A stretch of DNA of 64,000 nt from a virus (Duplodnaviria > Heunggongvirae > Uroviricota > Caudoviricetes): positions 64,850 through 128,849 of the IMG/VR virus record IMGVR_UViG_3300035670_000017. The stretch is one strand, 5' to 3'. Below are positions 44,191-53,589 of this stretch, one piece after another. Made by a program: the position numbers and the translations under genes. Numbering within the stretch: position 1 is the stretch's first letter; every line of letters starts with the position of its first letter. The notes beneath the pieces are model-generated. The model did not search any database and was not told the DNA's origin. It saw only the letters and a list, made by a program, of their open reading frames with translations.

Positions 44191-44844
44191 ATGAAATTCG
44201 GACCACTGGAACTCACTCCTGAAGAGATCGAACAGCTCCCTGTTACTGAAAACTCTCCACTCTCTCCAGAGAGACTGTCCGTGGGTTGGGCGATGACCTG
44301 GAAGATGGGCATTCAGCGTTTTACCCGGGAGGCACTAGAGAGCCTGCTGGAGAAGAAAATGCTCGTTCGTCGAGATGATAATGTATACCTTCGGTCTACC
44401 TTCTATCCGGGCCTAATGTATGAACCTGTTAGCTATGATGAAGGGGTTGTTTACGTCATGTTCCCTGTAGCTTTTGAAGGCGTTTGTGATCTATCCCACG
44501 CTGCCACTAGCTTAGCTCTCCAACACATAGAAATGGCTCTAATCCCTGATTCAAAGCGCGATGCAAGTCCGCTGGAGCAGTATTTCAATCTACACGGGAG
44601 TCAGTATCTGACTGTCGGCAGGGACCGTCCGATCGATTTGGTTGAAAAATGGCTATGGTTGAATAAAATCCCTAAGGTTGTTTGTGCACCGAGTGCCTAT
44701 AAGTGTGACTACCTGCGTTTTAACGTCAAAGAGGAGGGGCCTGGTGATAAGGTCGCATATGTAACTGGATACACGAAAGAAGAGTTGCGACCGATGATCG
44801 GCTCCGAGGTCACCTACTGGACTAACATACTAGTTAACATATAA
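44191..44844 (+). CDS. hypothetical protein (217 aa)
   Basis: AAAAGGACACACAATCATG RBS-start. Confidence 0.5.
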   Translation: MKFGPLELTPEEIEQLPVTENSPLSPERLSVGWAMTWKMGIQRFTREALESLLEKKMLVRRDDNVYLRSTFYPGLMYEPVSYDEGVVYVMFPVAFEGVCDLSHAATSLALQHIEMALIPDSKRDASPLEQYFNLHGSQYLTVGRDRPIDLVEKWLWLNKIPKVVCAPSAYKCDYLRFNVKEEGPGDKVAYVTGYTKEELRPMIGSEVTYWTNILVNI

Positions 44845-44855
44845 GGAGAATCGCT

Positions 44856-45182
44856 ATGAGTTCGCTTCCAGGATTTACACTGGAAGCTTTCCTGAAATGG
44901 TATCTTCACACTGATACCGTTGAAACGGAATTGCTTCTTATTTTTGAGAAGTATCGGGAGCCAGTCGAGGATATGCTCCTGGACTTCGATGAAGAAAAAC
45001 AATCATGGCGTGGGTTTTCCCAACACGTCGAAGAGCGTATTCCTATTGAGGTCTGGACTCAGGCTAATAACTGGATGGGTAAACAACTACAAGTCCTGCG
45101 GGATAAACAAAGACCGCTGGAGCCAGGACTTCAAACACTCTTGTTTGACAACCTAGATAATCTACGTCCAGACGAGGATTAA
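44856..45182 (+). CDS. hypothetical protein (108 aa)
   Basis: AAGGAGAATCGCTATG RBS-start. Confidence 0.5.
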   Translation: MSSLPGFTLEAFLKWYLHTDTVETELLLIFEKYREPVEDMLLDFDEEKQSWRGFSQHVEERIPIEVWTQANNWMGKQLQVLRDKQRPLEPGLQTLLFDNLDNLRPDED

Positions 45183-45187
45183 TAATT

Positions 45188-45631
45188 ATGAGTACTTGGG
45201 CTACAGGGATCGATGTCTATGACGAAAACCAGAAACATGTTTTGGAAATTGACATCGATGATGATGATCAATACTCTTTCATGTATCTCTATTATGCGAT
45301 ATACGGGAGAAAAGGATCTAGGATGCGCGTGCCTGGGATATCCACTCAGGCGAGATCCATGGAAATACCTCAGTGGTTACGTAAAGAGATTTTCCATGCA
45401 AAGGATACTGGGCGTTATTCGGATGATTGTGTAGTCATCGATAAGTCCTTCTTCGATAGCTTCGATGTTAACACTATCCTTCAGTGGCAGTCTTTGAATT
45501 ATCAAACCGAGCAGTTTGAGACCAAGGAAGAGTCCTATTCTGAATTCTGGAGCTGTCAAGAAATCGATGATGCTATCGAAAAGATCAAGCAGTCTCCAGG
45601 TAAATATGTTGTCTTCTGGTTCAACCCTTAA
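45188..45631 (+). CDS. hypothetical acidic protein (147 aa)
   Basis: ORF 5 nt after the upstream stop. Confidence 0.45.
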   Translation: MSTWATGIDVYDENQKHVLEIDIDDDDQYSFMYLYYAIYGRKGSRMRVPGISTQARSMEIPQWLRKEIFHAKDTGRYSDDCVVIDKSFFDSFDVNTILQWQSLNYQTEQFETKEESYSEFWSCQEIDDAIEKIKQSPGKYVVFWFNP

Positions 45632-45636
45632 TTCAA

Positions 45637-45855
45637 ATGGAACACTTCATTATCTCCGGAGGTTTCCATAACCTCCTGGCTTTCTTGGCTGCCGGAATAA
45701 TCGGTGCAATGTTTGGTACTCGTTTGCCTAAAGAAATAGCCAACATGAGTACCCTGTCTTTTTTGATAGGGTTAGTACAAGTGCTGGTTGTAGCCGCAGC
45801 AATCGTTGGTATTATTTACCAGACCGAAATCATGGCTTTTAAATCGAAAGGGTGA
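45637..45855 (+). CDS. small membrane protein (72 aa, 2 TM)
   Basis: TM helices LLAFLAAGIIGAMFG and FLIGLVQVLVVAAAIVGIIY. Confidence 0.45.
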   Translation: MEHFIISGGFHNLLAFLAAGIIGAMFGTRLPKEIANMSTLSFLIGLVQVLVVAAAIVGIIYQTEIMAFKSKG

Positions 45856-46397
45856 ACATGTTAGAAATCATTAAGCGTTGGTTTAAGTATCAGAAAGATC
45901 CAGTAGCTCAAACTCAATCGGGAACTCTTACCAAGAATCCTGTCGGTGAAAAGATTAAGTTCTCTGAAATACAGGAGCTTCAAAAATCAATTCAGGAAAA
46001 GCAAGAGCAGAAGAACCTAGTTGAAATTGAGAGATGGACCACGGATGTTTCTGTCAGACTCGCTAATATCTTTTTAGATAAACTCAGGAGCGGAGAGAAA
46101 ACCGAGCAAACCATGATCATGCCGAGTAACTGGCAGAGTGTGCCTGGTGTGCTGGTCTCTTTTATGCGGAAGACAAAAGACGCGATTCTTGAGTCCTTTG
46201 ACGAAGTTGACCGACCAAAAATCACATTTACTCTCATTCGAAATTATCCAACTGTCGGGGATATTGAGATCAAAGCACGCTTCGATAAATCATCGGACGA
46301 AGATCGACATCCAGTTTTTGTCATGAATTCGGATAAAGAGTTTTCGCCAGTTTTCTCTCTGACTGTCTCTCAAGTTCGTCAAGGAGCCAAATGGTGA
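45852..46397 (+). CDS. hypothetical protein (181 aa)
   Basis: Start overlaps the upstream stop (GTGAACATG). Confidence 0.45.
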   Translation: MNMLEIIKRWFKYQKDPVAQTQSGTLTKNPVGEKIKFSEIQELQKSIQEKQEQKNLVEIERWTTDVSVRLANIFLDKLRSGEKTEQTMIMPSNWQSVPGVLVSFMRKTKDAILESFDEVDRPKITFTLIRNYPTVGDIEIKARFDKSSDEDRHPVFVMNSDKEFSPVFSLTVSQVRQGAKW

Positions 46398-46606
46398 GTT
46401 TGGAAACCATCACTTTTCTTTCGATCTTTGTCTTTTGTAATCTCTGCTATATTGGTTTCATCATCGAACAGGTGAAGGATCCAAGTGTCAAGGTTATGGA
46501 AAACTTGGGTATCTATATCGTTCTCTGGATGTTTGTTCCAGTGATGACTTTTGCCTTTGGCATCCTCCTAATGTCTAATCCTCGTTACCTGGAGTGGTTT
46601 GGATGA
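46391..46606 (+). CDS. small membrane protein (71 aa, 2 TM)
   Basis: TM helices ITFLSIFVFCNLCYIGFII and IYIVLWMFVPVMTFAFGILLM. Confidence 0.45.
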   Translation: MVSLETITFLSIFVFCNLCYIGFIIEQVKDPSVKVMENLGIYIVLWMFVPVMTFAFGILLMSNPRYLEWFG

Positions 46607-47106
46607 AATATCACATCAAATTCGCGGTCATCAGTAGTGACCCAACTTCTACTGTCGCTGAACTCAGTGCTCGGCTTCCAGATTACATCGTAGTCAAGGA
46701 CGGAAGCCAACTGCACAGCCTGACAGGCTACCTCTTGGTGAATGGTCCGTTTCCTTCTTATCTCTTCGGGGATACAGTGGATCGAGATAGCATCACTGTC
46801 GTTGTCATGACTCCAGAGCAATTCAACGAAGCTCTGAAGTCTATGGAAAAACTCAATCCCTGCAATACATTCTACGGGAGGAGCTTGCAGCGACAGTTCA
46901 ATACTGTCTACACCCATGAGGGCGATAGCTTCAATTTCTACGGCGGCAGTTCCATCAATAGCTCCAGAAACAGCATCGAGGACGCACCTAAGGTGATTGC
47001 AAAGCATTGGGAAGCTTACTCTTCACACCACACCATGCTGTACTATCCCATCTACCTAGCCAAACCGAAAGGACACAAGGCACATGAACGACCGGACACC
47101 ATCTGA
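46594..47106 (+). CDS. hypothetical protein (170 aa)
   Basis: Start overlaps the upstream gene's end. Confidence 0.45.
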   Translation: MVWMKYHIKFAVISSDPTSTVAELSARLPDYIVVKDGSQLHSLTGYLLVNGPFPSYLFGDTVDRDSITVVVMTPEQFNEALKSMEKLNPCNTFYGRSLQRQFNTVYTHEGDSFNFYGGSSINSSRNSIEDAPKVIAKHWEAYSSHHTMLYYPIYLAKPKGHKAHERPDTI

Positions 47107-47632
47107 CAAACCCGAGAAAGTTTCATTTCAGCAACCTACCAAGACCACTGTTCTCTGGCGGGAGAATGAAGAAATGAGAAGTGGTGTATGCGTCGCCGAT
47201 GATACCGTTGATTCACGTATTGTCCAGCGAAGTAATCCGCGAGATGTCTACCGAATCAGAAATACTGAACTGATTAACGCCACCAAGGCAGCAGCGGAGA
47301 TGTTACTTAAAATATTCGATGAGCATAATATTCAATCCATTGTGGATGCCGATGAGATGTCACCGGGATTTGCGAAGCGAATGATGGAGACGATTATTCG
47401 TAGTCGGACAATGCCTTTGGATGAAATGAATAGGTGGATTGGTTTCGCTCAATGCATCACTGTCAAAGAGAAGATGGCGACTATGAATGAATTACGTAAC
47501 GCAACGCGTAGTCTATTCTCGCCATTGTACGATGAATGGTTAAAAGATTCTCTGGATATCAGCGATACCTCAGGAAGAGACTTCGTGAATATCTGGACAG
47601 TCAATGTCAATGGTCCCAAAAACACTCCATAA
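47084..47632 (+). CDS. hypothetical protein (182 aa)
   Basis: Start overlaps the upstream gene's end. Confidence 0.45.
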   Translation: MNDRTPSDKPEKVSFQQPTKTTVLWRENEEMRSGVCVADDTVDSRIVQRSNPRDVYRIRNTELINATKAAAEMLLKIFDEHNIQSIVDADEMSPGFAKRMMETIIRSRTMPLDEMNRWIGFAQCITVKEKMATMNELRNATRSLFSPLYDEWLKDSLDISDTSGRDFVNIWTVNVNGPKNTP

Positions 47633-47640
47633 GGAAAAAC

Positions 47641-48135
47641 ATGCCTTTATATCGTTGTCATACATGCGGCTGTGTGGAAAACACAGCACTGGGATGGTTT
47701 CATTGCCGGAACATGAGCGCGTATAAAGACGATCCCGTCTATAAGAACCCGATGTGTTCTGAGTGTACCCCCAATAGGTTCACTGACGGAAGCGAAGCTG
47801 GACGTTACGGTAAATGGCATGGTTCTTTCAATAAGACCTCAGCCGCTGGTTGGTATGTAGATACCACTGGGTACATCTGGGAAACTCCAGCTGGTTCACA
47901 CTGCTTTGGTCCTATCATCGGTAAATACGCCGAAGACGGCACCATTATCCCTCTTACCGAAGAGGAAAAGAAAATCAACGAAGAGGCGCATAAACCTAAA
48001 CCTATTGTTCAAGATAAGTTTCCACCTCCGCACGTCCAATGGGGATATGACGGAAAACCTTTATCTGGACTGGCCGTTGGTCGCAAATGGGTCTCTTTGA
48101 GTAACAAGAAATCCAAACAAAAGAAAAAGAAGTGA
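47641..48135 (+). CDS. Cys-rich putative zinc-binding protein (164 aa from ATG 47641)
   Basis: AAGGAAAAACATG RBS-start. CHTCGC...HCRN...CSECTP cysteine pairs. Lys-rich tail. Confidence 0.5.
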   Translation: MPLYRCHTCGCVENTALGWFHCRNMSAYKDDPVYKNPMCSECTPNRFTDGSEAGRYGKWHGSFNKTSAAGWYVDTTGYIWETPAGSHCFGPIIGKYAEDGTIIPLTEEEKKINEEAHKPKPIVQDKFPPPHVQWGYDGKPLSGLAVGRKWVSLSNKKSKQKKKK

Positions 48136-48139
48136 TGTT

Positions 48140-48190
48140 CTCCTAGTACCCGAAAGGGTACTAGGAGGATATCCTTTATTTTTTATTAAG
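48140..48190 (+). terminator. intrinsic terminator (ctcctagtaccc gaaa gggtactaggag + T-run)
   Basis: 12-bp stem with GAAA loop followed by gatatcctttattttttattaag. Confidence 0.8.
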
Positions 48191-48259
48191 ATTCATCAGT
48201 TGAGAAGAGTCTTAAATGGACGCTTTTGTCATTCAACAACTTTGACAAGGAAATACAAA

Positions 48260-49833
48260 TGGCGACTATTCGTCTTTCAGATATACGAGGTGGAGTATTC
48301 CGTCCCGGCGGAGTCAAACTCGACGGTCCCACTAATATCACCAAAGGTACAACGACTACCTACCGAATCAGTAACTATGATGCTTTTAGTCAATACACAG
48401 CGAGCATTGATCTAGGCACTGTTTCAGTGACAGCTGACAGCGTGAACATCGTTATGCCGGGGGCAACTGTAGGAACGCAGGCTAATTTGACCGTTGGGCA
48501 AAATGGACTGGTGCGAACCGTAGCCATTCCTTTGGAAGATCAGCGTGTAGTACTTATTCCGCGCATTACATCTCCTGCCAATAATTCGACAGGTCTTGGA
48601 ACATCTATTACGTTCCAGGGATCTGCGTTCACGAGTAGTCCTGCTGGGACACTGACACATACATCGACAGATTGGCAAATTAGTCGCAATAGCGCTTTTA
48701 CTCAGTTGATTGTTACTCAAACAGTCTCCAGTGGGGACTTGACGAAGTTTACCGCTACTGTCCCTCTCGGAGAGACGCTATATGCTCGTTTGCGTTATAC
48801 CTCCAATTCAACAGTAAGTGGATGGTCTTCGGCTATCACGCTAAGTACATTGCCTGAAATCACTGCGCCGACAGTGACTGGCCCGGCTACAGAAGCGACA
48901 GCGACTCCTACATTTACATCCAGTGCCTTCACAGTCAAACCAGTTGGCGGCGATACACATGCATCCACATCCTGGATAGTCAAAGACACAGGCGCCAATA
49001 CAACCATTTACAGTCTGCTAAATAGCGCCACGGCTAAGACTGAGATGACTATTCCTGATGGTTTGTTGCGTCCGGCTAGTAACTATTCTGTTACGGCACA
49101 ATATAACGGAGCATTGACCACCAGCGCCATATCGTCGCCGTTTGTCTTTGTGACCAAGAATGACTTCTTCCCGACTACTCCCGGAACACCTTATGAAGGC
49201 GGGTATTATGCTGGACGAATCAAAATCGGCACACAGGTTTATGCATTGATTGTTTCGCCTAGAGCAGAAGGCACCTTCAATGATCGACCTGGCATCGGGA
49301 TAAACAGACCCAACTTCGTACTTACTATGAACGATGGATGGACTAACACTGTCAGACTCTATGAAGTAACCGGTGCCTCATATACCTGTATTTATCGTAC
49401 AGCTAGACTTTTGAGGATTGGCGGGTATTCCGATTGGTATATTCCGTCAATCGCAGAGTTGGATGTTTGTTATCGTAATCTGAAGCCTACAGCAAATAGT
49501 AACGCAGTCTCTTCGACCAGTGGTTTCACAGGCGGGGCATTGGGTTATAATCCATATGCCGTTCCAGAAGGGGCTGCGTACACCAGCTCGAATCCACGTA
49601 TGACAACTAATCCATTGTTTGCCGAGGGAGGATCCGAAGCTTTCTTGATCGGCACTGGGTTGTTTGAGAACATGCACTATACGTCTTCTCAGAATACCAC
49701 AGTCGACGCAGAAGGTGTTAAGACTGTTGAACCATACACTAAACGAATGGACACCGGGGCTGAAGGACGACGACCAATTGACGATTCTCGCCCATACGCT
49801 CGGGCAATTCGCCGAGTGCCAGTACCTGGCTAA
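48260..49833 (+). CDS. tail-fibre protein with repeated Ig/FN3-like segments and DUF1566/Lcl-type C-terminal domain (524 aa from ATG 48260)
   Basis: AAGGAAATACAAATG RBS-start. Repeats around STDWQISRNSAFTQL / STSWIVKDTGANTTIYSL. C-terminus GTPYEGGYYAGRIKIGTQVYALIVSPRAEG ... DWYIPSIAELDVCYRNLKP ... ARAIRRVPV. Confidence 0.65.
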
Positions 49834-49843
49834 ATGACTCACT

Positions 49844-49909
49844 CTATCCATCACCAGGGTAAACCTGGTGATGGATAGATGTGTAGCCCTTTGTACATTT
49901 TTTAATTAG
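49844..49909 (+). terminator. intrinsic terminator (ctatccatcaccagg gtaaa cctggtgatggatag + T-run)
   Basis: 15-bp stem followed by a T-rich stretch cctttgtacattttttaatt. Confidence 0.75.
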
Positions 49910-49928
49910 TATATACTTCACTTGAGGA
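49910..49928 (+). promoter_or_regulatory. motif copy 8 TATATACTTCACTTGAGGA
   Basis: 25 bp upstream of ATG 49953. Confidence 0.55.
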
Positions 49929-49952
49929 CAATCCCAAATTTGAAAGGTTTTT

Positions 49953-50345
49953 ATGGCGATCAAAATTGTTTCTTTGACTCTGACTAAGGACGGAGACGTT
50001 GATCTGGTTTTTAATCGAGGTCCCGCTACGTATCATGTTCTCAATTACTTCACTACCACCAGAGAACTACGGCATGATCTGCGAATGAGTCGTATAGAGT
50101 TGATTTCATTGGGACAAACTTGCCTGGTGCAACAAGCGAGAGATAACTCTAAGCTATTGGAAGAAAAGCTATCGGCTATTCTCATCGATCATCAACATAA
50201 ATTGGCCCAGCGGAAAGACCCATTGTCAGATATCACTGATGAAGAAAAGCTGAATTTTGCTATCGTGTATGAAAGAATGATGGAGCAAACTTCCGTCAAT
50301 CACCGAATCCTCGTACTCGAAGCAGCTTATCAAACGAAAGACTAA
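49953..50345 (+). CDS. hypothetical protein (130 aa)
   Basis: First ORF after the terminator-motif cassette. Confidence 0.5.
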   Translation: MAIKIVSLTLTKDGDVDLVFNRGPATYHVLNYFTTTRELRHDLRMSRIELISLGQTCLVQQARDNSKLLEEKLSAILIDHQHKLAQRKDPLSDITDEEKLNFAIVYERMMEQTSVNHRILVLEAAYQTKD

Positions 50346-50346
50346 T

Positions 50347-50805
50347 ATGAAAATTGCATACTCCTCTAAAAAAGCATTCCAAAAACTGACACCTGATTCG
50401 GATACTCTCGTATTGAGTCTGTTAGGTGAAGGTTCCGAAATGGTGGAAACACCGAACACTGGCTGGAAGAATCATCTGTCGATGAAGTTCTCTGTGTTGC
50501 GTCCTTCGGGACCAGAAGGATCATTCTCGCCGATTGATGATCAAGCTAAGTCTCTAGCTAAGCAACTCAAGCCTCATCTAGCGGGTGTAGAAAAGATCAT
50601 CATTCACTGTGAAGCTGGAGAGATTCGCTCGGCGGCTGTGGCTGCCGGTATCTATGTCTGGGCTCAATTGGAACTCGATACAACTGGACTATACGAGATT
50701 CATTCAAATGGATCCTGGGTGGAAACTGACTTCCCTCATACCGATACGTTTGGCGGGCGCACATGTTCCTGGATAATTCGTATCCTGACTGGAAAGGACG
50801 ACTAA
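50347..50805 (+). CDS. Cys-based phosphatase (PTP/dual-specificity fold, CX5R active site; 152 aa)
   Basis: Active-site motif IIHCEAGEIRSAAVAAG (HCxxGxxRS). Size fits a minimal DSP fold. Confidence 0.55.
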   Translation: MKIAYSSKKAFQKLTPDSDTLVLSLLGEGSEMVETPNTGWKNHLSMKFSVLRPSGPEGSFSPIDDQAKSLAKQLKPHLAGVEKIIIHCEAGEIRSAAVAAGIYVWAQLELDTTGLYEIHSNGSWVETDFPHTDTFGGRTCSWIIRILTGKDD

Positions 50806-51579
50806 ATGAAAAGACTGAGCACAATGATCCTCAAGGCCAGGGAGCTGCATAAGGATCAAATTCGCCGATACACTGGTGAGAAGTATGAGATCCATCTGGC
50901 TGAAGTAGCTGCTTTGGCGATGATGTATTATCACTACGTCCAAGATGACGTGCCTTTGCATGTTTACCTAGCAGTGGCTTGGTGGCACGATGCTGCTGAA
51001 GATCAAGGTCAGACTTTCGAACAGCTGCGTGATTTCGCTCTTGTCACCGGGTTCGAAGAACACGAAGCACTGCAGTTTGCTCTCGGGGTAATGACTCTGT
51101 CGGATATCGAGGGAGATAATCGCGAAGACCGTAATGCTAAGTCTCGATTCAGATTGACCAATGCTGAACTTTGGTTGCAGTTGATCAAGTGCGGTGATTT
51201 GGAAAGCAACACCAAAAGCATCTTCTTGAAGGATCCTGATTTCTTCAAGATCTACTGCGGAGAGAAGAAGAAAATTCTTTCAGTATTGACTAAGGTCGAT
51301 CCTGAAGTCATCAAACGCTTGGACGTCAGCCTGGATGAAATGATGGAATCTATCCTCGACCGCCCATGGTGTTCCACCGCGACCTGCGGCGGTATTCTTA
51401 CGGAAGATACAAGACCCGTATTGTATCGGACCGTCCATGGAAGCTATAAGACCCAGAAGGACGTGAGAGGTCTGTTTTGCACACACTGCAACCATATCCA
51501 GCTATTGGAAAGCCGCGGCTCAACTGAATTGAAGAACCGCCATTCGAAAGGACGTGCATTTTTCGGAATTGAATTATAA
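50806..51579 (+). CDS. HD-domain hydrolase of the SpoT/Mesh1 (small alarmone hydrolase) type with C-terminal Cys4 zinc ribbon (257 aa)
   Basis: ARELHKDQIRRYTGEKYEIHLAEVA and WWHDAAEDQGQTFEQL align with RelA/SpoT HD motifs AHxGQxRxSGEPYxxHPLxVA and LHDVxEDTxxTxEE. C-terminal CSTATCGG...CTHCNH. Confidence 0.6.
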   Translation: MKRLSTMILKARELHKDQIRRYTGEKYEIHLAEVAALAMMYYHYVQDDVPLHVYLAVAWWHDAAEDQGQTFEQLRDFALVTGFEEHEALQFALGVMTLSDIEGDNREDRNAKSRFRLTNAELWLQLIKCGDLESNTKSIFLKDPDFFKIYCGEKKKILSVLTKVDPEVIKRLDVSLDEMMESILDRPWCSTATCGGILTEDTRPVLYRTVHGSYKTQKDVRGLFCTHCNHIQLLESRGSTELKNRHSKGRAFFGIEL

Positions 51580-51586
51580 GGAACAT

Positions 51587-52138
51587 ATGTCAAGTAAAAG
51601 GAGTATCGATAAAATCAGTCGGTTTCTGTCTTATATTCTGAGACATGAACCGGATGACATTGGTCTTGAATTGGATGAGCACGGCTGGGCTGATGTTGAA
51701 GAACTGATCACTAGAACAAACTCTAGTGAGAAGTTTCCAAGCATGAAGCTGACTATGGAGCTACTGAAAGAAACAGTGGCTACAGATGCTAAGCAGCGAT
51801 TTAGTTTCGATGAAGCGGGTACTAAGATTCGCGCTAATCAAGGTCATTCAGTGAAAGTGGATCTAGGTCTTGAAAATCAAGTGCCTCCGGATATCCTCTA
51901 TCACGGAACCATCCAGGCTAACTTGGAATCCATCTTTCGAGATGGTCTCCATGCTGGTGAACGCCACGCGGTGCATCTGTCGAAAGACACTGCCAGAGTG
52001 GTCGGATCTCGAAGAGGTGTTCCTGTGGTCTTGACTATTGACGCTAAGGCTATGCATGAAGCTGGTCTGACGTTTCAATGCTCGGACAACGGGGTCTGGT
52101 TAACAGAGTCTGTGCCCGCTATGCACATAATCCAATAA
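51587..52138 (+). CDS. kptA: RNA 2'-phosphotransferase Tpt1/KptA (183 aa from ATG 51587)
   Basis: N-terminal ISRFLSYILRHEPDDIGLELDEHGWADVEEL. Catalytic LYHGTIQANLESIFRDGL and GERHAVHLS. AAGGAACATATG RBS-start. Confidence 0.8.
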   Translation: MSSKRSIDKISRFLSYILRHEPDDIGLELDEHGWADVEELITRTNSSEKFPSMKLTMELLKETVATDAKQRFSFDEAGTKIRANQGHSVKVDLGLENQVPPDILYHGTIQANLESIFRDGLHAGERHAVHLSKDTARVVGSRRGVPVVLTIDAKAMHEAGLTFQCSDNGVWLTESVPAMHIIQ

Positions 52139-52150
52139 GTGAAAAGTATA

Positions 52151-52401
52151 TGAACTCCCGCAAGCAACAATCTTTCAATAGCTACATTCTTAGTGAAGCG
52201 AATCGAATTCGTCGAGACGCTCAGAATTTCATCACCGACAAAAGCACTGCAGAAGGACTTCGTCAGACTGGTAAATCTCTGACTGCTTATGCTCAGATCC
52301 TGTATCGTCAACAACTCCTGATTAATCCTCTGGCCTTTGTACAACTTCCCAACAAGAAAGTGAAAAATGCTCGTACCTCTGTACATTCTCAGCCCCGCTA
52401 G
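52151..52401 (+). CDS. hypothetical protein (83 aa)
   Basis: ORF 13 nt after the kptA stop. Confidence 0.4.
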
Positions 52402-52648
52402 CCGAAGCGGTCAAAACAACGGCCTCTTCATTTATGACGAAGCAGGCTTCTTCATGGATACCGAAGGTAATTTCATGAAACAAGAAGGAGATGGTATCGG
52501 TATTGCCACCGGGTCTCTGAATGAAGGCCACGGTATCGCTATCAATAACCATGACGTTTGCATGTCTGACCTTAATGGGCGATTGTGCCCATTAATACAA
52601 GGAGTAGACTATGCAAGCATCCCAATCGACTCACAAAACCCTGGCTGA
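52367..52648 (+). CDS. possible hypothetical protein (93 aa; start uncertain)
   Basis: Overlaps both neighbours. No RBS identified. Confidence 0.25.
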   Translation: MLVPLYILSPASRSGQNNGLFIYDEAGFFMDTEGNFMKQEGDGIGIATGSLNEGHGIAINNHDVCMSDLNGRLCPLIQGVDYASIPIDSQNPG

Positions 52649-52922
52649 GAACAAGAACTTCGACGCCAAAATCAATAGCCTCGTGAAATTCCTCAACGAG
52701 GACTACCACGAAGCACCCCGAGTCAAACCCAACAGCAAATCACAGCAATCCTTCCAAAACGGTGGATACCGTATCCCGATCGAGAAAGCCTTCCGTAAGA
52801 ACGCCGAGCACCGATACCGTCAGTTCGCTAAGCGTAAAACGCAACTCTGGGCTCAAACCCTGGATGAAGACTCCATCGTTCCGAATATCGCGTACTGCCA
52901 ACCTTGGGATTGGCGCTGGTAA
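52611..52922 (+). CDS. hypothetical protein (103 aa)
   Basis: CAAGGAGTAGACTATG RBS-start. Confidence 0.5.
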   Translation: MQASQSTHKTLAENKNFDAKINSLVKFLNEDYHEAPRVKPNSKSQQSFQNGGYRIPIEKAFRKNAEHRYRQFAKRKTQLWAQTLDEDSIVPNIAYCQPWDWRW

Positions 52923-52936
52923 TCTGTAACTAACCG

Positions 52937-52972
52937 CTACTCCTGGGCTAACGCTCAGGAGTAGTTTTTATT
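52937..52972 (+). terminator. terminator hairpin (ctactcctgggc taac gctcaggagtag + T-run)
   Basis: 12-bp stem with one mismatch, followed by tttttatttatg. Confidence 0.6.
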
Positions 52973-52973
52973 T

Positions 52974-53291
52974 ATGCCAAAAGAACAACTTTCATCAGAG
53001 ATCATTAAATTTAAGAACGAAGTAGCAGACGCGCTAATCGATAAAATCCAAAAGACTCAAGCAAAAGGAGTAACTCAAGTCGAGATAGCTGAGTTCCTGG
53101 GTATCACACAGCCTCGCCTGTCTAACGTCATCAACTACTACAATTCGAACAATCGAGACAAACTCTCAACAGAATGGATGTTGAGTATCTTGATGAAGCT
53201 ATCTCCTAGATGTTTCAAATATTCCTTTGCTCCCAGGTTCACTATCGCACCTGAGATTAAAAAGCAATTTCGAAAAAAGAAAGTTAAGTAA
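52974..53291 (+). CDS. HTH (XRE-like) DNA-binding protein (105 aa), paralog A
   Basis: HTH TQVEIAEFLGITQPRLSNVINY. Paralogous to 53294..53587. Confidence 0.55.
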   Translation: MPKEQLSSEIIKFKNEVADALIDKIQKTQAKGVTQVEIAEFLGITQPRLSNVINYYNSNNRDKLSTEWMLSILMKLSPRCFKYSFAPRFTIAPEIKKQFRKKKVK

Positions 53292-53293
53292 CC

Positions 53294-53587
53294 ATGGAAA
53301 CTAATCTTCGAGATGCGTTGCATGAAATTCTAGCAGAAAAGATTCGTTACTGTAAGAGTAACGGTCTTAATCAAACTCAAATAGCAGCATTTATAGGGAT
53401 CACTCAGCAACAGGTGTCTTTGTTGATGAATTATAAAAAATATCGGCGTAACTTGTCATATAGCATAGAGCGATTATTCGGTTACATCAACAAGCTATCG
53501 CATGAGCCTGTCGAAATAAAGATAATTTCATCTCTTGCACCATCTGAAGAATTAACAAATTACATCAAATTAATGAAAGTCAAATAG
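53294..53587 (+). CDS. HTH (XRE-like) DNA-binding protein (97 aa), paralog B
   Basis: HTH NQTQIAAFIGITQQQVSLLMNY. Tandem with 52974..53291. Confidence 0.55.
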   Translation: METNLRDALHEILAEKIRYCKSNGLNQTQIAAFIGITQQQVSLLMNYKKYRRNLSYSIERLFGYINKLSHEPVEIKIISSLAPSEELTNYIKLMKVK

Positions 53588-53589
53588 TC

